Below, piece after piece: positions 50,521 through 64,000 of a stretch of DNA of 64,000 bases (within the stretch, counting starts at the first letter, position 1; the number at the start of each line of letters is the position of its first letter). The notes below the pieces were generated by a model, which was given only the letters and a program-made list of their open reading frames with translations, ran no database searches and had not been told where the DNA came from. The DNA is taken from the NCBI GenBank assembly GCA_964016885.1, contig OZ024746.1:93682001-93746000 (forward strand). The letters run 5' to 3'. Source of the DNA: Eledone cirrhosa. Its lineage: Eukaryota. Both the position numbers and the translations under genes were made by a program.

Positions 50521-50859
50521 ACTGCATATACACATGTACACATGCACACATATAACTCAAGACATACACATCCACACATACAATAACATCCATACCTGCA
50601 CACACACATGTACATCTGCAGACATATCTACCTAGTTGATGTTATCTAAATTCCTATGAGAGAGTCTTGTGTTTATGATAGAAACCAACTTCCCTCTATA
50701 TTGGTAAAAAATTACAAAATCATGAAACCAAAGTATACATGCATATATTATTGTTGTTTTAGCCTAATTTCTATTGCATTGTCACTACATTAGCGAGCAC
50801 AGCTCTGTGTGCATTGGATATGTGTAGTATTGTTTTTGGTGGTGTTATTTCTATTGTTT

Positions 50860-51062
50860 TGAAATTACTCTTCATAATATGTGTGCAGTGCTTCGTAGTG
50901 TTATTTTTTGTGTTAGTCTTGGGGCTTGAGTCATGACTCTATTTTGGGGGGTTTTTTTAATCATTCCTACAGCACCAATTGGTGGATTGATGTCTGTGGG
51001 GATTGATACATCAATTAGAAGTCCCCTTTTCCTTTGTGGTCTTTGACTATATCTGGTTATTA
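50860..51062 (-). mobile_element. R4/Dong-like RLE fragment, internally deleted
   Basis: 'PDIV', 'LIDVSIPTDIN', 'IGAVGMIKK', 'QKITLRSTAHIMK'. Confidence 0.65.
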
Positions 51063-51063
51063 T

Positions 51064-51570
51064 TGCGGTGGATTGACAGTATCAGTAGAGGGTTGGACGC
51101 CATGCTTGGCAGCAAAGAGTTACGGCCCTTGCCATTCTGAGTTCAAATCCTGCCGAGGTTAACTTTGCCTTTCATCCTTACGGGGTCGATAAAATAAAGT
51201 ACCAGTAATACACTGGTATAATTACTGGCCTTGTGCCAAAAGTAGAAAATTATTATTATTAAGGGTGGTGGATTGGCAGTAATCGGTAGAGCATCAGACA
51301 CCATGCTTTGTAGCATAGAGTTACGGCCCTTTACCGTTACTTGGAAAAGTCTCAAAGTAGTCTCACCTCGTTTTCTAGAACTCTCATTCAAATGGTCAGA
51401 GCTCCTTCCTATACATGCAAAACCAAATTTCAGGAAAAAGTTGCAGTGAATTATTGTGACTTTCATCCTTACAGGGTCAATAAATTCAAGTACCAGTAAT
51501 GCACTGGAGTCAGTTTAATCGACTTTCACCTCCTTTAAAATTGTTGGCTTTGTGCTTAAACCAGAAATCA
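51064..51570 (+). mobile_element. SINE B tandem copies
   Basis: One full copy at 51064-51250 and one interrupted copy. Confidence 0.85.
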
Positions 51571-51709
51571 TCATTATTATTATTACTATGATATCTTAGT
51601 CATTGTTTTTATTTAACCATAAAATTTTGTTTCTTCTATATCAAGGGTATTAGATACTTTTCTTAGTTTGTTACGGATCACCAGCTTTACACAGATGTTT
51701 AGCTTGATT

Positions 51710-52800
51710 CATCATAATCATCATCATTTGTACATCCGTTTTTTCATGCTTGCATGGGTTTGGAGGGTCCTTCTCAGCACAGCATCACTACGTTTCTTTG
51801 TCATTGCCTTTGTGAGTCTCAGTGATTTAAGGTCAGCTCTCACAACCTCTGCCCAGGTCTTTCTTGGTCTACTTCTACTGCGGCTTCCATCCACTGGCAA
51901 TTCCTGTCACTTCTTCACCCATTGGTCATCATCCATGTACATCACATGTCCATACCAATGCAGTCTTCTCTCCAGCACACCACCTCAGATTCCTCTTAAA
52001 CTCAGTTTCTCCCTCAGTTCATCCAAGTTCTGACTTTCTCTGAAGTTTACATTGCCCATCCAACGGACTGTGGCTGCTTCATTTCTCTCCAGCCTATATA
52101 TGTCCTCCACAGTCACAACCCATCTTTCACTACTAAGTAAATATATATGAGGAGCCACAGGTATGGATATGGTTTATAAGTCTGTTTCACAACATTGGAG
52201 ATTTGGGTTCAATCCCACTGTGTGGTACATTAAACATGTATTTTCTATTATGGCCTCTCCTTATATACAGCTTTCTTCTCAACTCATTTGTGCCCAGTCT
52301 AGTGCACTAACCTTTTACATCCACAAAAGCAGGCTCCCTTTATTTTTTTTCATTCAAGACCCCACTTTTGTTACTATGCACCATCCCATTTCATACACAA
52401 GTATCATCATACAATCTTCTCTTCCCTCTCAGAGAGAAAATCTTTGATGCCAGCAGAAGTAGTAGATCCAAGAACTTTTTCCAGCCCATTCTTTCTTTGG
52501 GTATTATGTTTTTATAACATACACCTCCACAGCTAATGAATTAACCTAGGTAAGAAAAGCTATCAACTACATCCAAGGAGTATTCCTAGTATTTTAAGAA
52601 ATTCATTTTGTGTATAACTTACTAACTCTTCCTATCACACTACCACATAAGAAGTCTACCTTTCTTGTCAGCTTGTAATTTCACTAAACCTTTTGTGTGT
52701 CTATAGTTTCGACTGAGAGACATCATATAGAATTTCCACCTACTCCTCTTCTATATATTAAACATAGTCATTTCACTGATGCTAGCAAAATTCTATCTTC
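51710..52800 (-). mobile_element. Two degraded RTE fragments separated by a SINE head
   Basis: 'WYGHVMYMDDD' and 'VVDSFSYLG..GWKKFLDLLL'. Confidence 0.75.
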
Positions 52801-53332
52801 TTTTCTACATAATAAAATGTAGGTCTTTGATAAGTTTACATTGAAACCTCCTTGATTGGAGGCTTTTTCCTTCTTCTCTTGTTATTCCTCTTCACCCACT
52901 TATTCCTGAGAGAGTCATGGGGGCAGAGTCCTCAAACACTCCTTCCAGCGGTTCCTGTCAGAAGCAACCATCTCCAACTGATCCAGCTGGATCCCCAAGC
53001 AAGACAGGTTGAGCTCATGCACCTCAGTACAAAGGTTTCTGCAGCCCTTGAAAACCATACACTCACCCTTAGTTCCCTTAACCCTTTCATCGCCACATTT
53101 CTTATGAAATACATTCTATCTTAATTAACAAATGAAGAATTTTGAGGAATTTACTAAAATTATAAATTATTTCATTACTAAGAAAGTAACTTAATGTAAG
53201 ATTCATGCCGTGGTGTGTTATTGAATGTGTGGTTCTTTTCCCCCCTCCTTTCTTTCTTCTTTATATATTTACTAACTCTCATTCTCTCTTTTTTTCTCTT
53301 TCATTAATAATCTTTGGCTTATAAATCTTCTT

Positions 53333-53572
53333 TTAACCTTTTCACGACTGGATTTCTAATGAAATTTACTCTATTTCAGTTAATTAATGAAGAATTTTGA
53401 AGAATTTACTAAGATTATTAATTATTTCATTACTAAGATAGTAACTTAATGTAAAGTTCTTATATAAAATTATGTTGGAAGATTTAAATTTAAATTGGAA
53501 GCCTTTAAAATGGGTGGTTTTATTTCATAGAACTAGAGCCGGTTTTAACCGGGTTGGTAACTAAAGGGTTAA
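53333..53572. mobile_element. TTAA MITE D, uninterrupted
   Basis: ttaaccttt...aaagggttaa. Confidence 0.8.
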
Positions 53573-54004
53573 GTGAGTTTGGATTTTATTCTTCTCTTAT
53601 TTAAAAAAGGGCCAAGAGCACTCTTCAGTTGTGACAATGGCACAACAACCCCTCTAGTATTAGTGCCACAACAAAACATACACAGTATACTCCGTATAAA
53701 GTTGTTGGTGATAGAAAAGAAATGCAGCTGCAGTAAACTTGCCAAACAAAGGGTCGAAGGGATTCTTCAGTTGTGACAAGGGCACGACAACCTCTCTAGT
53801 GTTGGTGTCACTATGAAACACATCTTGTATACTCTGTAGAGTAAGGGAACTTATGTAAGTCTGTCAGAGATGTCAGTGACTCTGGCAAAGTACTGGGTTG
53901 GTCTGGGATGATCCCCCATGCTAACTAGGAAAAAATGTCTTATGGTAACAATGATGAAGGTGAATCTTATCAAATCAATCATAGCAGTCATTATTATTTT
54001 ATTG

Positions 54005-55000
54005 TGGTACCAGTAATGTACTGGGTAATTCCTGGCCTTGTGCCTAAAGTAGAAACAATTATTTTATTGTGGTGAATTGGCAGTATCGGTAGAGTGTCGG
54101 ACAAAATGCTTTGCAGTATTTAGTTATGTCCCTTTACGTTCAAATCCCGGCGAGGTTAGCTTTGCCTTTCATTGTTACAGAGTTGATAAAATAAAGTACC
54201 AGTAATACACTGGGGTAAATTTAATCTACTTTCCCCTCACTCCCAAATTGTTGGCCTTGTGCCTAAATCAGAAACAATTATGCAGCATAGAGTTATCGCC
54301 TTTTACGTTCTGAGTTCAAATCCCGCCGAGGTTAGCTTTGCCTTTCATCGTTACGGTGTCGATAAAATAAAGTACCAGTAATGCACTGGGGTTGATTTAG
54401 TTGACTTTTCCTTCTGCCCATATTGCTGGCCTTGTGCCAAATATAGAAACAATTATCTTATTGAAATCACATAATTTGTTGGATGCAGTTTTAATTTACA
54501 GATCAATAAGGAATAATAGCTGCTCTGTTATGTACTTGCCTTCAACTAGTGAAGGAACCTGTTAGACAGGGATGTTTCTCTTTTCTGTTTTACAATTGTA
54601 TTATTTTAAAGAGGCAGAGGGCGGTGGATTGGCAGTATCGGTAGAGCATCAGACACAATGTTTAGCAGCATAGAGTTACGGTCCTTTACGGTCTGAGTTC
54701 AAATCCTGCCGAGGTTAACTTGGCCTTTCATCCTACACAGGGTCGATAAAATAAAGCACCAGTAACGTACTGGGGTCGATTTAATCAACTTTCCCCCTCT
54801 GCCCAAATTACTAGCCTTGTGCCTATACTAGAAATCATTGTTTTAAAGAGGCAGTGAATTAGCAGAGCTGTTAGAATGTTAGATACAATGCTTTGCAGTA
54901 TTCTGGCTTTCTCAACTTTCTAAGTTCAAATCCTGCCAGGTGTCAACTTTGCATTTCATCTTTTTGAGGATGATAAAGTACTGGTCCAGTGCTGTATTCA
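54005..55000 (+). mobile_element. Cluster of ~5 same-orientation SINE B units
   Basis: Repeated heads, cores and tails. Confidence 0.85.
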
Positions 55001-55329
55001 ATTTTTGCTCTATATTTTTCTCATTTCCTCTCTCTCAATCTATCTCTATCTATCTATCTATCTATCCTCCCTCTCCCTCTCTCTATCTCTCTCTCTCTAT
55101 CTCTCTCTCTTGCCTGCTCTAGAAGGAATCGGCCATGTCCACACTTGGAGAAGTAATGAGCTACACCAGACCAGATTTAAAATGCCAAGAAACACCCTAT
55201 GTCTATCATGAGTTACACGTCCATACATAACATTATTTTAGAATGACAACCTTTTTACAAGAAGATATATATATATCATCATCATCATCATCATCCTTTT
55301 ACATCCATTTTTCCAGTCCCCCACCCCTC

Positions 55330-55568
55330 CGATACTATGGGCATGTGGTTAGAATGTCTCAGGAAAGGATCGCTGAATAGATTTTACAGGTAAAACCAAC
55401 CAGCAGGAGACCCAGGGGTAGACCCTGAGCAGGATGGTTGGATAACATCCATGAGCTTGGCTGGTCTCATTTGGGGATCCAGCTGGATCAGTTGGAGACA
55501 GGACCTGCTGGAAGGAGTGTTTGAGGACTCTACTCCCATGACCCTCTCAGGAATAAGTGGGTGAAGAA
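55330..55568 (+). mobile_element. Expander-like RTE 3' end; further tails at 52865-53010 and 58138-58243 (-)
   Basis: 'YYGHVVRMSQERIAE*ILQVKPTSRRPRGRP'. Confidence 0.8.
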
Positions 55569-56387
55569 GTTCCCCCCTCACACTGTTCTTTTCCCATTCC
55601 TCACCCAGCCTACATCAATGTGGAAATATTCCCCCCTTCACTCACTTCTCTAATTCACTTTACCTGCCCAACCCATACCAACACAGAAAGCCAGACAAAT
55701 CTCACAATAAAATGTTATATACTACACTTGGTTCAAGACCACCCTATGATGTTTCTCCTTTGACTGTGGGATGATTCCCTTCCCCCAGGCAAGCAGCATA
55801 TAGCCTAGCCAATGACACATCGAGGAATCTGGTGCCATGATAAAAAGCACCCAATCCACCATGTAAAGTGTTAGTGCTGGTGCCAAAATAAAATGCTCCC
55901 AGTCCTCCATATAAGGTGTTAGTGCTGGTGCCACGATAAAAAGCACCCAACACACTCTGTAAGGTGTTAGTGCTGGTGCCACAACAAAAAGGACCCAGTC
56001 CACCTTACAATGTGTAGTAACAGGGTCATGGTGGAATGGTCCAAATACATGCTGTAAAGTAGTTGCCATTAGGCAGGGCATCCAGCCATAGAACCCAAGC
56101 TAAAAATGATCGAGGCATGTTCACCTGATCAGTTTAGCCTCAGAATGTGACAACCTATCCAGCCCATGCTAGCCAGTATGGAAAATAGATATTAAACAGT
56201 GCCAGGAAGGGCATCCGGCCAAAGCCAGATACAGTTCTGTATGAGCAAGGCAGTCATTGGACCTGACTTGACTCTCAATGGGACAACTCATCTAACTCAT
56301 ACTAGAGTGGAAAAATGGCCATTGATGAGTTATATATATATATCATCATCATCATCGTTTAACGTCTATCTTCCACGCTAGCATGGA

Positions 56388-56420
<33 letters not shown>

Positions 56421-56465
56421 ATCTTTATATATAGAGAGAGAAAGAGAGAAAAAGAGAGAGATCTT

Positions 56466-56502
<37 letters not shown>

Positions 56503-57243
56503 GGTGATCTTTATATATATATATGTATGTGTTTATGAGTGTGTGTGTATGTGTGTGTGTTTGTATGTGTGTATGTGTGTTTGTGTGTGTATGTGTGTGT
56601 GTATAATCAGCAATGTCAACAAACTTGTTTATTTTGGAATCTCTGCTTAAACTCCCCCACTCCACCACACACCACTTCAAACTTGTACCATCACACCACA
56701 CCATAACCCCACCCCACCACAATCCTACACCACCCTGCCACAACCCCACCCCACCGCACCACAACCCCACCCCACCAAAAGAACAACAACCATTCATTGT
56801 TCTAATAGAAAAAGCAACAAATACATTAAAAAGACAACTTGTAAAATGATTCATGTTTGTTGTATATTTTCTTGTATTTGTTCATTTATTTTGTTTGTGG
56901 CTCAGTTGTACAATGTTGGACTCAAGATTGTAAATTTGTTGGTTCAATTCCCAGACTGGGTGACATGTTATGTCCTTGAGCAAGACACTTTATTTCATGT
57001 TGCTCCAGTCCACTCAGTTGGAACAAATATGTTGTATTGTACATGAAATTGAAAGGAACAACTTTATCATACACTGTGTCTTGCTGAATCTCCCTGAGAA
57101 CTGCATTAAGGATGCACATGTTTGTGTAATGTTCAGTGCTTGCTTGCTAATTTCATGAGTAAGCAGTTCCGTTGTCTGAACAATTGGAACACTTCATCAT
57201 CAGAACCAACAGCGAGGTCCAACTAATACAATTACTCAATACA

Positions 57244-57690
57244 TGAAGGCACTTGGCTTAGTGGTTAGAGATTTGGGCTTACAATAAAAAGGTTGTGAGT
57301 TCAATTCTCGGACCGGGTGATGTGTTGTTTCCTTGAGCAAGACACTTTATTTCACATTACTCCAGTTTACTCAGCTGTAGAAATGAGATGATAGGACTGG
57401 AGTCCCTATCATTTCATTGCAAAGTGGACATGGAGGTGCCATGGCAAAAAAAAAAAAGCACCCAGCCCACACTGTAAAGTGGACGTGTAGGCGCCATGGA
57501 AAAAAAAGCACCCAGCACTCACTGTAAATGAGGTTGGTGTTAGGAAGGGCATCCGGCTGTAGAAATCAAGCCAGAATCAGTTCCTGTATGAGCAAGACAA
57601 GGTCAGCCGACAGGACACTGCCCACAACAGGACAACCCGTCTAACCCATACTAGCGTGGAAGAACGGACATAAAACGGTGATGATGATGA
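57244..57690 (+). mobile_element. SINE A, full length, with doubled module and alternative tail
   Basis: A/B boxes, two modules, tail 'ccgtctaacccatactagcgtggaag'. Confidence 0.9.
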
Positions 57691-57829
57691 ACTCTATAGA
57701 TAATAAACACAACCACAAGAATATGGTCTGAACGTGGAAGAGCCAAACTCTCACTGTCATCGCCTCCATTTTTCTCGCCCTCCCCTATCTCTCTGTATGG
57801 TGAGCAAATGGGGTCCCACGTGTGGGCTT

Positions 57830-58055
57830 CCCCACAGCTCCGACGGACAGAATGGAGAAAGCGTTTCACGGGAGGATGGAAAGGGAGATGCGCTGGAAGA
57901 GCCATTCCATCTCGCAAGTCTCACATCTGCAGCTGGCCAGCTCAGCGCCTATGGTGGTGAGTAGGGAGGTAGCCCTAGGGTCAAGGACACCAGAAGTCTC
58001 CACTGCCAAGGGCATGACTGCAAACCTGTCGGAGAGCGACTGGTACTTTTGGTTT
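57830..58055 (-). mobile_element. CRE-like C-terminal fragment
   Basis: 'KYQSLSDRFAVMPLAVETSGVLDPRATSLLTTIG...EWLFQRISLSIL'. Confidence 0.8.
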
Positions 58056-59892
58056 TGTTTGAAGAGGTGGGACAATTTTCTTGTTCCCTTCTGTAAGAAA
58101 GGAGAAACTATTCTCACTACAATATAAATTAATCACCTCTTCCCTTCTTCTTCTCTTCTTCTCACACTTATTCCTGAGAAGGTCATAGAGGTAGAGTCCT
58201 CAAACACTCCCTCCAGCGGGTCTTGTCAGGAGCAACTGTCTCTTTAATTTAAAAAAAAAAAAAGCTCATTGGATAAGTGATTTACATTACCTCTTAACAT
58301 CCTGTAATTAGCAGAAAATGGCTAAAAACAACTTTGTTAATTCAAATGTTTACAGTATCTTTACTAGTGGACAAATCACTGTGAAAATTTGTAGCATTAG
58401 TGTAAAGACATTAATTTTTAATATGATGTAGTCATTGTACTGTTTTATACTTCTAAAGTATGTCTTGTTAATATGGTTTCATGTGGTTTGTTAATTCAAA
58501 TGTTTATAGTATCTTTACCAGTAGGTAGATTATTGTGAAAAAATTACAGATTAGATTAAAGACTTAAATGTTTAATGTGATGCAGTTATAGTGTTCTTTT
58601 GTTTTAAATGTTTGTAGTATCTTTACTAGTAGTATCTTTTCTAGCATAAAATCAAACTTTTGTTCGTGAGCTGAACACTCTAACCACTATGCTACACACT
58701 CTAACAGTCTCTAGAAAGTAATATATATGTAAAGTACAACTACAAGTTAAGAGACATAGCATAAACACAGCACAAGTTATTTTAGGTTAATAATATTTGG
58801 ATAAGATCTACAATAATTATACATTATCATCGTCATCATCATCATCGATTAACGTCTATCTTCCACACTAGCATGGGTTAGACAGGTTTGTCCTGATTAG
58901 AGGCAAGTTGGGTCGGGTGACCATGTCTTGCTCATATAGGAATATTTCTGGCTGGTTTTCTATGGCTGGCTGCCCTTCCTAACGCCAATCACATTCACAG
59001 TGTGTGCTGGGTGCTTTTTGCTGAGTCTTTTACACGTCCACTTTGCAGTGTGGGCTGGGTGTTTTGGGGCTGGTTTTCTATGGCTGGCTGCCCTTCCTAA
59101 CGCCAACCACATTCACAGTGTGTGCTGGGTGCTTTTTGTCGTGACACCTACATGATAATTCTTCGATGTTGCACATTTAAAAATTTGTGACCTTCTTCTT
59201 ATGAGAAGTTCTTTTATACAAGAGGAAAATGAAATCTATTATAACTCCATTCACATCTAGTCTGCATTAGGAACTGAACCAAAATGTGACTGGCACTTTA
59301 CTTTATCAATGTTGACGCAGCATACTCTTCAATCCTGAATAATCATTGCCCCACCCACACCACCACTTATTATTTTTTTCAAATTTTTCCACCCTCAACC
59401 TTATTCCAACCTCCCCCCAACCCCACTTATTAAATTTTGCTAATCTATCCCCGGTGAAATTTGATTTTGATTTTCTTTAGGCATTAAAAAACATTACATA
59501 TGACAAGAAAGGTACATTACTAGAAATCCCATGTTATAAAATAAATAGGATGGGTTGGGGTCTCAATATGTAAACTAAACAACTAATTCTGGTTTTTAAA
59601 AAGAATCAATGAAGACAACCTAGAAAAACTACCGATGATACCCCCCACACCTGCTTATTACAACCCCGTTCCCACCCCTGCCTATTTCATCCCCCACCCC
59701 TGCTTAGTTCACCCCCCACTCCACCACCCCATTTATATGGTACCTGAGAGTAGCCGTATGTTTAAAAAGTTCACTTCTCATTCATTCATGAGATTTCAAC
59801 AATCATCATTCAATAGTTTGATCAACTGACTGGCCAGCTTATGTATTAACATATAAGTGGTTGAATATTCCACAGACATATGTACCCTTAAG

Positions 59893-60119
59893 CAGGGCCG
59901 GATTTAATGGCAAGGGGGGGGGGGGGCATTTTAGTTTTAGGATGGTTAGAATTTTTGAATTTAATACCTGTATGTGTAACTTTTCAATTCCAATTACTTG
60001 CGCCAAGCTAAATTTGATATTTAAAATTGAGGGGTTTACTATGTATTCTATTTGTTTGTATATGAGGAGCCTCCAAACCTGAAAAGCCCCGGAACCCCCA
60101 ACGTCTAAATTCAACCCTG
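59893..60119. mobile_element. Possible hAT-like MITE
   Basis: Imperfect TIR cagggccggattta / taaattcaaccctg; no clear TSD. Confidence 0.45.
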
Positions 60120-60761
60120 CATCGTACTCACATACATTACATATACACACTACACACACATTTCACACACACACACACATACACATAACACAAAGGGACT
60201 AAGGAGATTATTTGTGCTATTTGTGGAGGTCAAAGATGTCTTGCTGTGGTGGGCCTGAAACACCTGAAACCCTCAGTGTATAAGCAATGCCCTAAACCTA
60301 AAGTGCTCTGGGGACCCCAAGGTTTAAAGCCAAACCTACCCTTATGGCACAATATATGCCAAAGCTGGACCTGTGAATCGGGCCCCAAAGGGGTCTTATA
60401 CCACCTTGCAAAATTTCTCTTCGAAGCCCTGCATACCCTCCTCCATCTGATAACCTTGCACACAGACCCTGTTTACTCAGTTCCACTCACATGGCATGGG
60501 TTAACCTGAGACTATGATAAAAAGATACACTTGCCCAAAGTGGCATACAATGGGATTGAACCGAGAAACTCGTGATTACGAAGTGAACTTCTTAACCACG
60601 AGCCATGCTTAAGTAGTTTCATTGCTGTAGACAACTAAAACACAAGAGAGCTAAAAATTAACATGAGTTCCCTTTACATTTGTTTAGTTATATGATATAT
60701 ATATATATAAATAGGGAGAGAGAAGCATATACATACACTTGTATACACCCACACTCACACA

Positions 60762-60799
<38 letters not shown>

Positions 60800-61639
60800 A
60801 ATGTCTGCTTTCCATATTGGCATGGTTTGGACAGGATACACACACAGAGACACACATGCAAACACACACACACACACACACATATATACATATATCCGCA
60901 AAAAATGTATACATACTTTGATTAAAATGCTGTTGAAGTGTGTATACATTTGGGGAGGGGGGGAGGGACACCCTGTGTATATATATATATATCCACATTT
61001 GCATATAATCTCTACAAGTGTTATGAAGTATAAATGACAAATAATTATATTCAGACAATATATTCAGACAATTCCAATGGGATTTGTGGGTGAGTTTGGG
61101 AGTTTCCAAAGTTATTTCTTCGTTGGAAGAATTTAATATGACAGTTCAGTTTGTGAATGTCTGTAGTTAACTCGTAGAGATAACATATATACTTGAACAG
61201 TACGAAAAACACAGACACCATAGAATTCCCTGAGATTATATACATATGTGTAAGATGTTATTTTAACTGCAGATGTATCAGCTGGTTTCGTTTGTATAAG
61301 TATATATATATGCGTGTGTGTACGAGAGAGAGTGTGTGTGTGTACGTACATATGTGTCTGTCTGTGGGTGGGTGCGTGTGCGCTTTTCTGGCAACAACTT
61401 GTGTGTTTGCTCTCATAACATGATAACACAAATTGCACCAATATGCAGGATGTATTTGCTCTCATAAAACGATAACACCTACTGCACCAATATGCAGGAT
61501 ATTAAAAACAGATGCACTTCAAGCAGGAAAAGTAAGCAAAAGAAACAAAACAAAACAAAAAGTAACTACAGAAAGCAAAGCAACCTGCATCAACAGGAAT
61601 AAGAAGTAGTTTCTAGTTGCAAGGACTAATACATACACA

Positions 61640-62487
61640 TAGCTACTGTAAGGCATGTAACCATATAGATAGCTACTGTAAGGCATGTAACCATATAGAT
61701 AGCTACTGTAAGGCATGTAACCATATTAATAGATAGCTACACTAAGGCATGTAACCATATTAATAGATAGCTACTGTAAGGCATGTAACCATATTAATAG
61801 ATAGCTACTGTGAGGCATGTAACCATATTCACAGATAGCTACACTAAGACATGTAACCATATAGATAGCTACTGTAAGGCATGTAACCATATTAATAGAT
61901 AGTTACTGTAAGGCATGTAACCATATTAATAGATAGCTACTGTGAGACATGTAACCATATTAATAGATAGTTACTGTAAGGCATGTAACCATATTAATAG
62001 ATAGCTACTGTGAGACATGTAACCATATTAATAGATAGCTACTGTAAGGCATGTAACCATATTAATAGATAGTTACTGTAAGGCATGTAACCATATTAAT
62101 AGATAGCTACTGTGAGACATGTAACCATATTAATAGATAGTTACTGTAAGGCATGTAACCATATTAATAGATAGCTACTGTGAGGCAAGTAACCATATTA
62201 ATAGATAGTTACTGTAAGGCATGTAACCATATTAATAGATAGCTACTGTGAGGCATGTAACCATATTAATAGATAGTTACTGTGAGGCATGTAACCATAT
62301 TAATAGATAGTTACTGTAAGGCATGTAACCATATTAATAGATAGTTACTGTAAGGCATGTAACCATATTAATAGCTAGCTACTGTAAGGCATGTAACCAT
62401 ATTCACAGATAGTTACTGTAAGGCATGTAACCATATTAATAGCTAGCTACACTAGGGCATGTAACCATATTCACAGATAGTTACAGT
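61640..62487. repeat. 34-bp minisatellite, ~25 units with 30-bp variants
   Basis: Unit agctactgtaaggcatgtaaccatattaatagat. Confidence 0.95.
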
Positions 62488-63214
62488 GATGTATGAACCA
62501 TATCTGTATCCCTATCTTAAGCTATGATAACAACAGATATGGCTGCAACACAAAGTGAAGTTGTTCTACGTGTTTCATGTAACAGCCATTAACCATCAAT
62601 AAACACCTTGCTGGCTTTGAAAGGAAAAGAAAACCCCAAATACTCATAATACAAAATAAAAATACATGTCTCTTCACCCTTTTGATACTAAACCACACCT
62701 GAGTCCAGGATTGGTAGACCATATATATATCATGGATATATGACCAGGTGGCTTAGTGGTTAGAGCGTTGAGTTCAAAATCGTAAGGTTGTGAGTTCGAA
62801 TCCCGGACCGGGCAGTGTATTGTGTCCTTGAGCAAGGCACTTTATTTCATGTTGCTTCAGTTTACTCAGCTACAGAAATGAGTCGCGATGTCACTAGTGT
62901 CAAGCTGTATCAGCTATTGCTTTTCCCTTGGACATCATCGGTGGTGTGGAGAGGGGAGACTGGTATGCATGAACGGCTGCTGGTCTTCTACAAACAACCT
63001 TGCCCGGACTTGTGCCTCGGAGGAGAACTTCTTGGTGCATATCTCGTGCTCATATATACATTCTTTCTTCTGATGAAGCACTAGCATCCAAAACGTTAAG
63101 ACCCTCTTCCTGCTATTTCAAGCGTTAAACTAATATGTTCCTGTATCGTTTGTGTTGTTATTTCTGTTTACCTTTTACATATATACATACATACATGCAT
63201 ACTACATACATATA

Positions 63215-63258
<44 letters not shown>

Positions 63259-63259
63259 C

Positions 63260-63369
<110 letters not shown>

Positions 63370-63414
63370 TCAATGATATTAAATAAATGGAAACTATATT
63401 TATAAAACCATATT

Positions 63415-63475
63415 TATTCTATTATATATATTTCAAGGGCACCAAAACTTTGGTACGCTTTCATCAGATAAAATA
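63415..63475 (-). ncRNA. Minimal hammerhead-like motif
   Basis: CUGAUGA AAGC-GUACCAAA-GU-UUUGGUGC-CCUU GAAA UAUA UA. Confidence 0.55.
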
Positions 63476-63644
63476 CAAAGTTTGTTTTATAAATTTTGAC
63501 ATAACCAAGGAAAGATACCTTAACGATTCAAGTTTTCCACTATCCAAGGAATGTTTAGTGATTTATTTATTAATCACAGGATATTATTATATATTTAATT
63601 TAAATTGATTAGACAAATTTATATAATTTTTTTTTTAGAGCTCA

Positions 63645-64000
63645 AATATGACACAGCCATTTGGGAGGATGAAATTCGGCCCAAGATGTTAAAAGCCTTA
63701 AATAAAGAAGGTATTTTCTGGATGACTTGTGTGTGCTGGGTGGCCTGGATCTCTGGAAAGACACCTAAACAATGTCAATTGGGAGTGATAATCCCAATTT
63801 TCAAAAAGGGTGACAAGAGAGATTGTTCCTATTATAGAGAGATCTCCTTGTGAAGCCTCCCTGGTAAAGTCTATGCTAAGTGTCTGGCAAAGAGATGTAG
63901 GGAGATTGTCAATTCCAAGTTAGCTGACGAACGCAGCACATTCAACCAAATATTAACACTGGGGCAGGTCTTTGAGAACTCTTGGGAGTATTGTCATGAA
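63645..64000 (+). mobile_element. Expander/RTE reverse transcriptase N-terminal region, degraded; runs off the window
   Basis: 'EDEIRPKMLKAL...GKTPKQCQLGVIIPIFKKGDKRDCSYYREISL*SLPGKVYAK'. Confidence 0.9.

Overview
Eukaryotic, AT-rich, repeat-saturated non-coding DNA. The SINE families, RTE LINE fossils and microsatellite density suggest a coleoid cephalopod (Octopus-like) intron or intergenic region; this is an inference. I found no host protein-coding gene: all long ORFs are artefacts of low-complexity or tandem repeats. Retroelements include several tRNA-derived SINE families and degraded LINE fragments (RTE, Expander-like, CRE-like, R4/Dong-like, Tx1-like, Vingi-like). DNA elements include TTAA piggyBac-type MITEs, non-autonomous Helitrons and mariner remnants. 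Highlights: (1) at least seven minimal type I hammerhead-ribozyme motifs from about four unrelated short elements beside (TA)n tracts, one pair with compensatory stem changes and one inside a highly structured ~280-nt island; (2) one 48-bp SINE/RTE module that independently seeded three large minisatellites; (3) a Helitron and a TTAA MITE whose empty sites are visible in the window; (4) a recurrent head-to-head pairing of a zinc-finger-tailed mini-RTE with an R4-like 3' end; (5) a 124-bp-arm near-perfect palindrome. Coordinates were read by eye, and boundaries of degraded elements are approximate.
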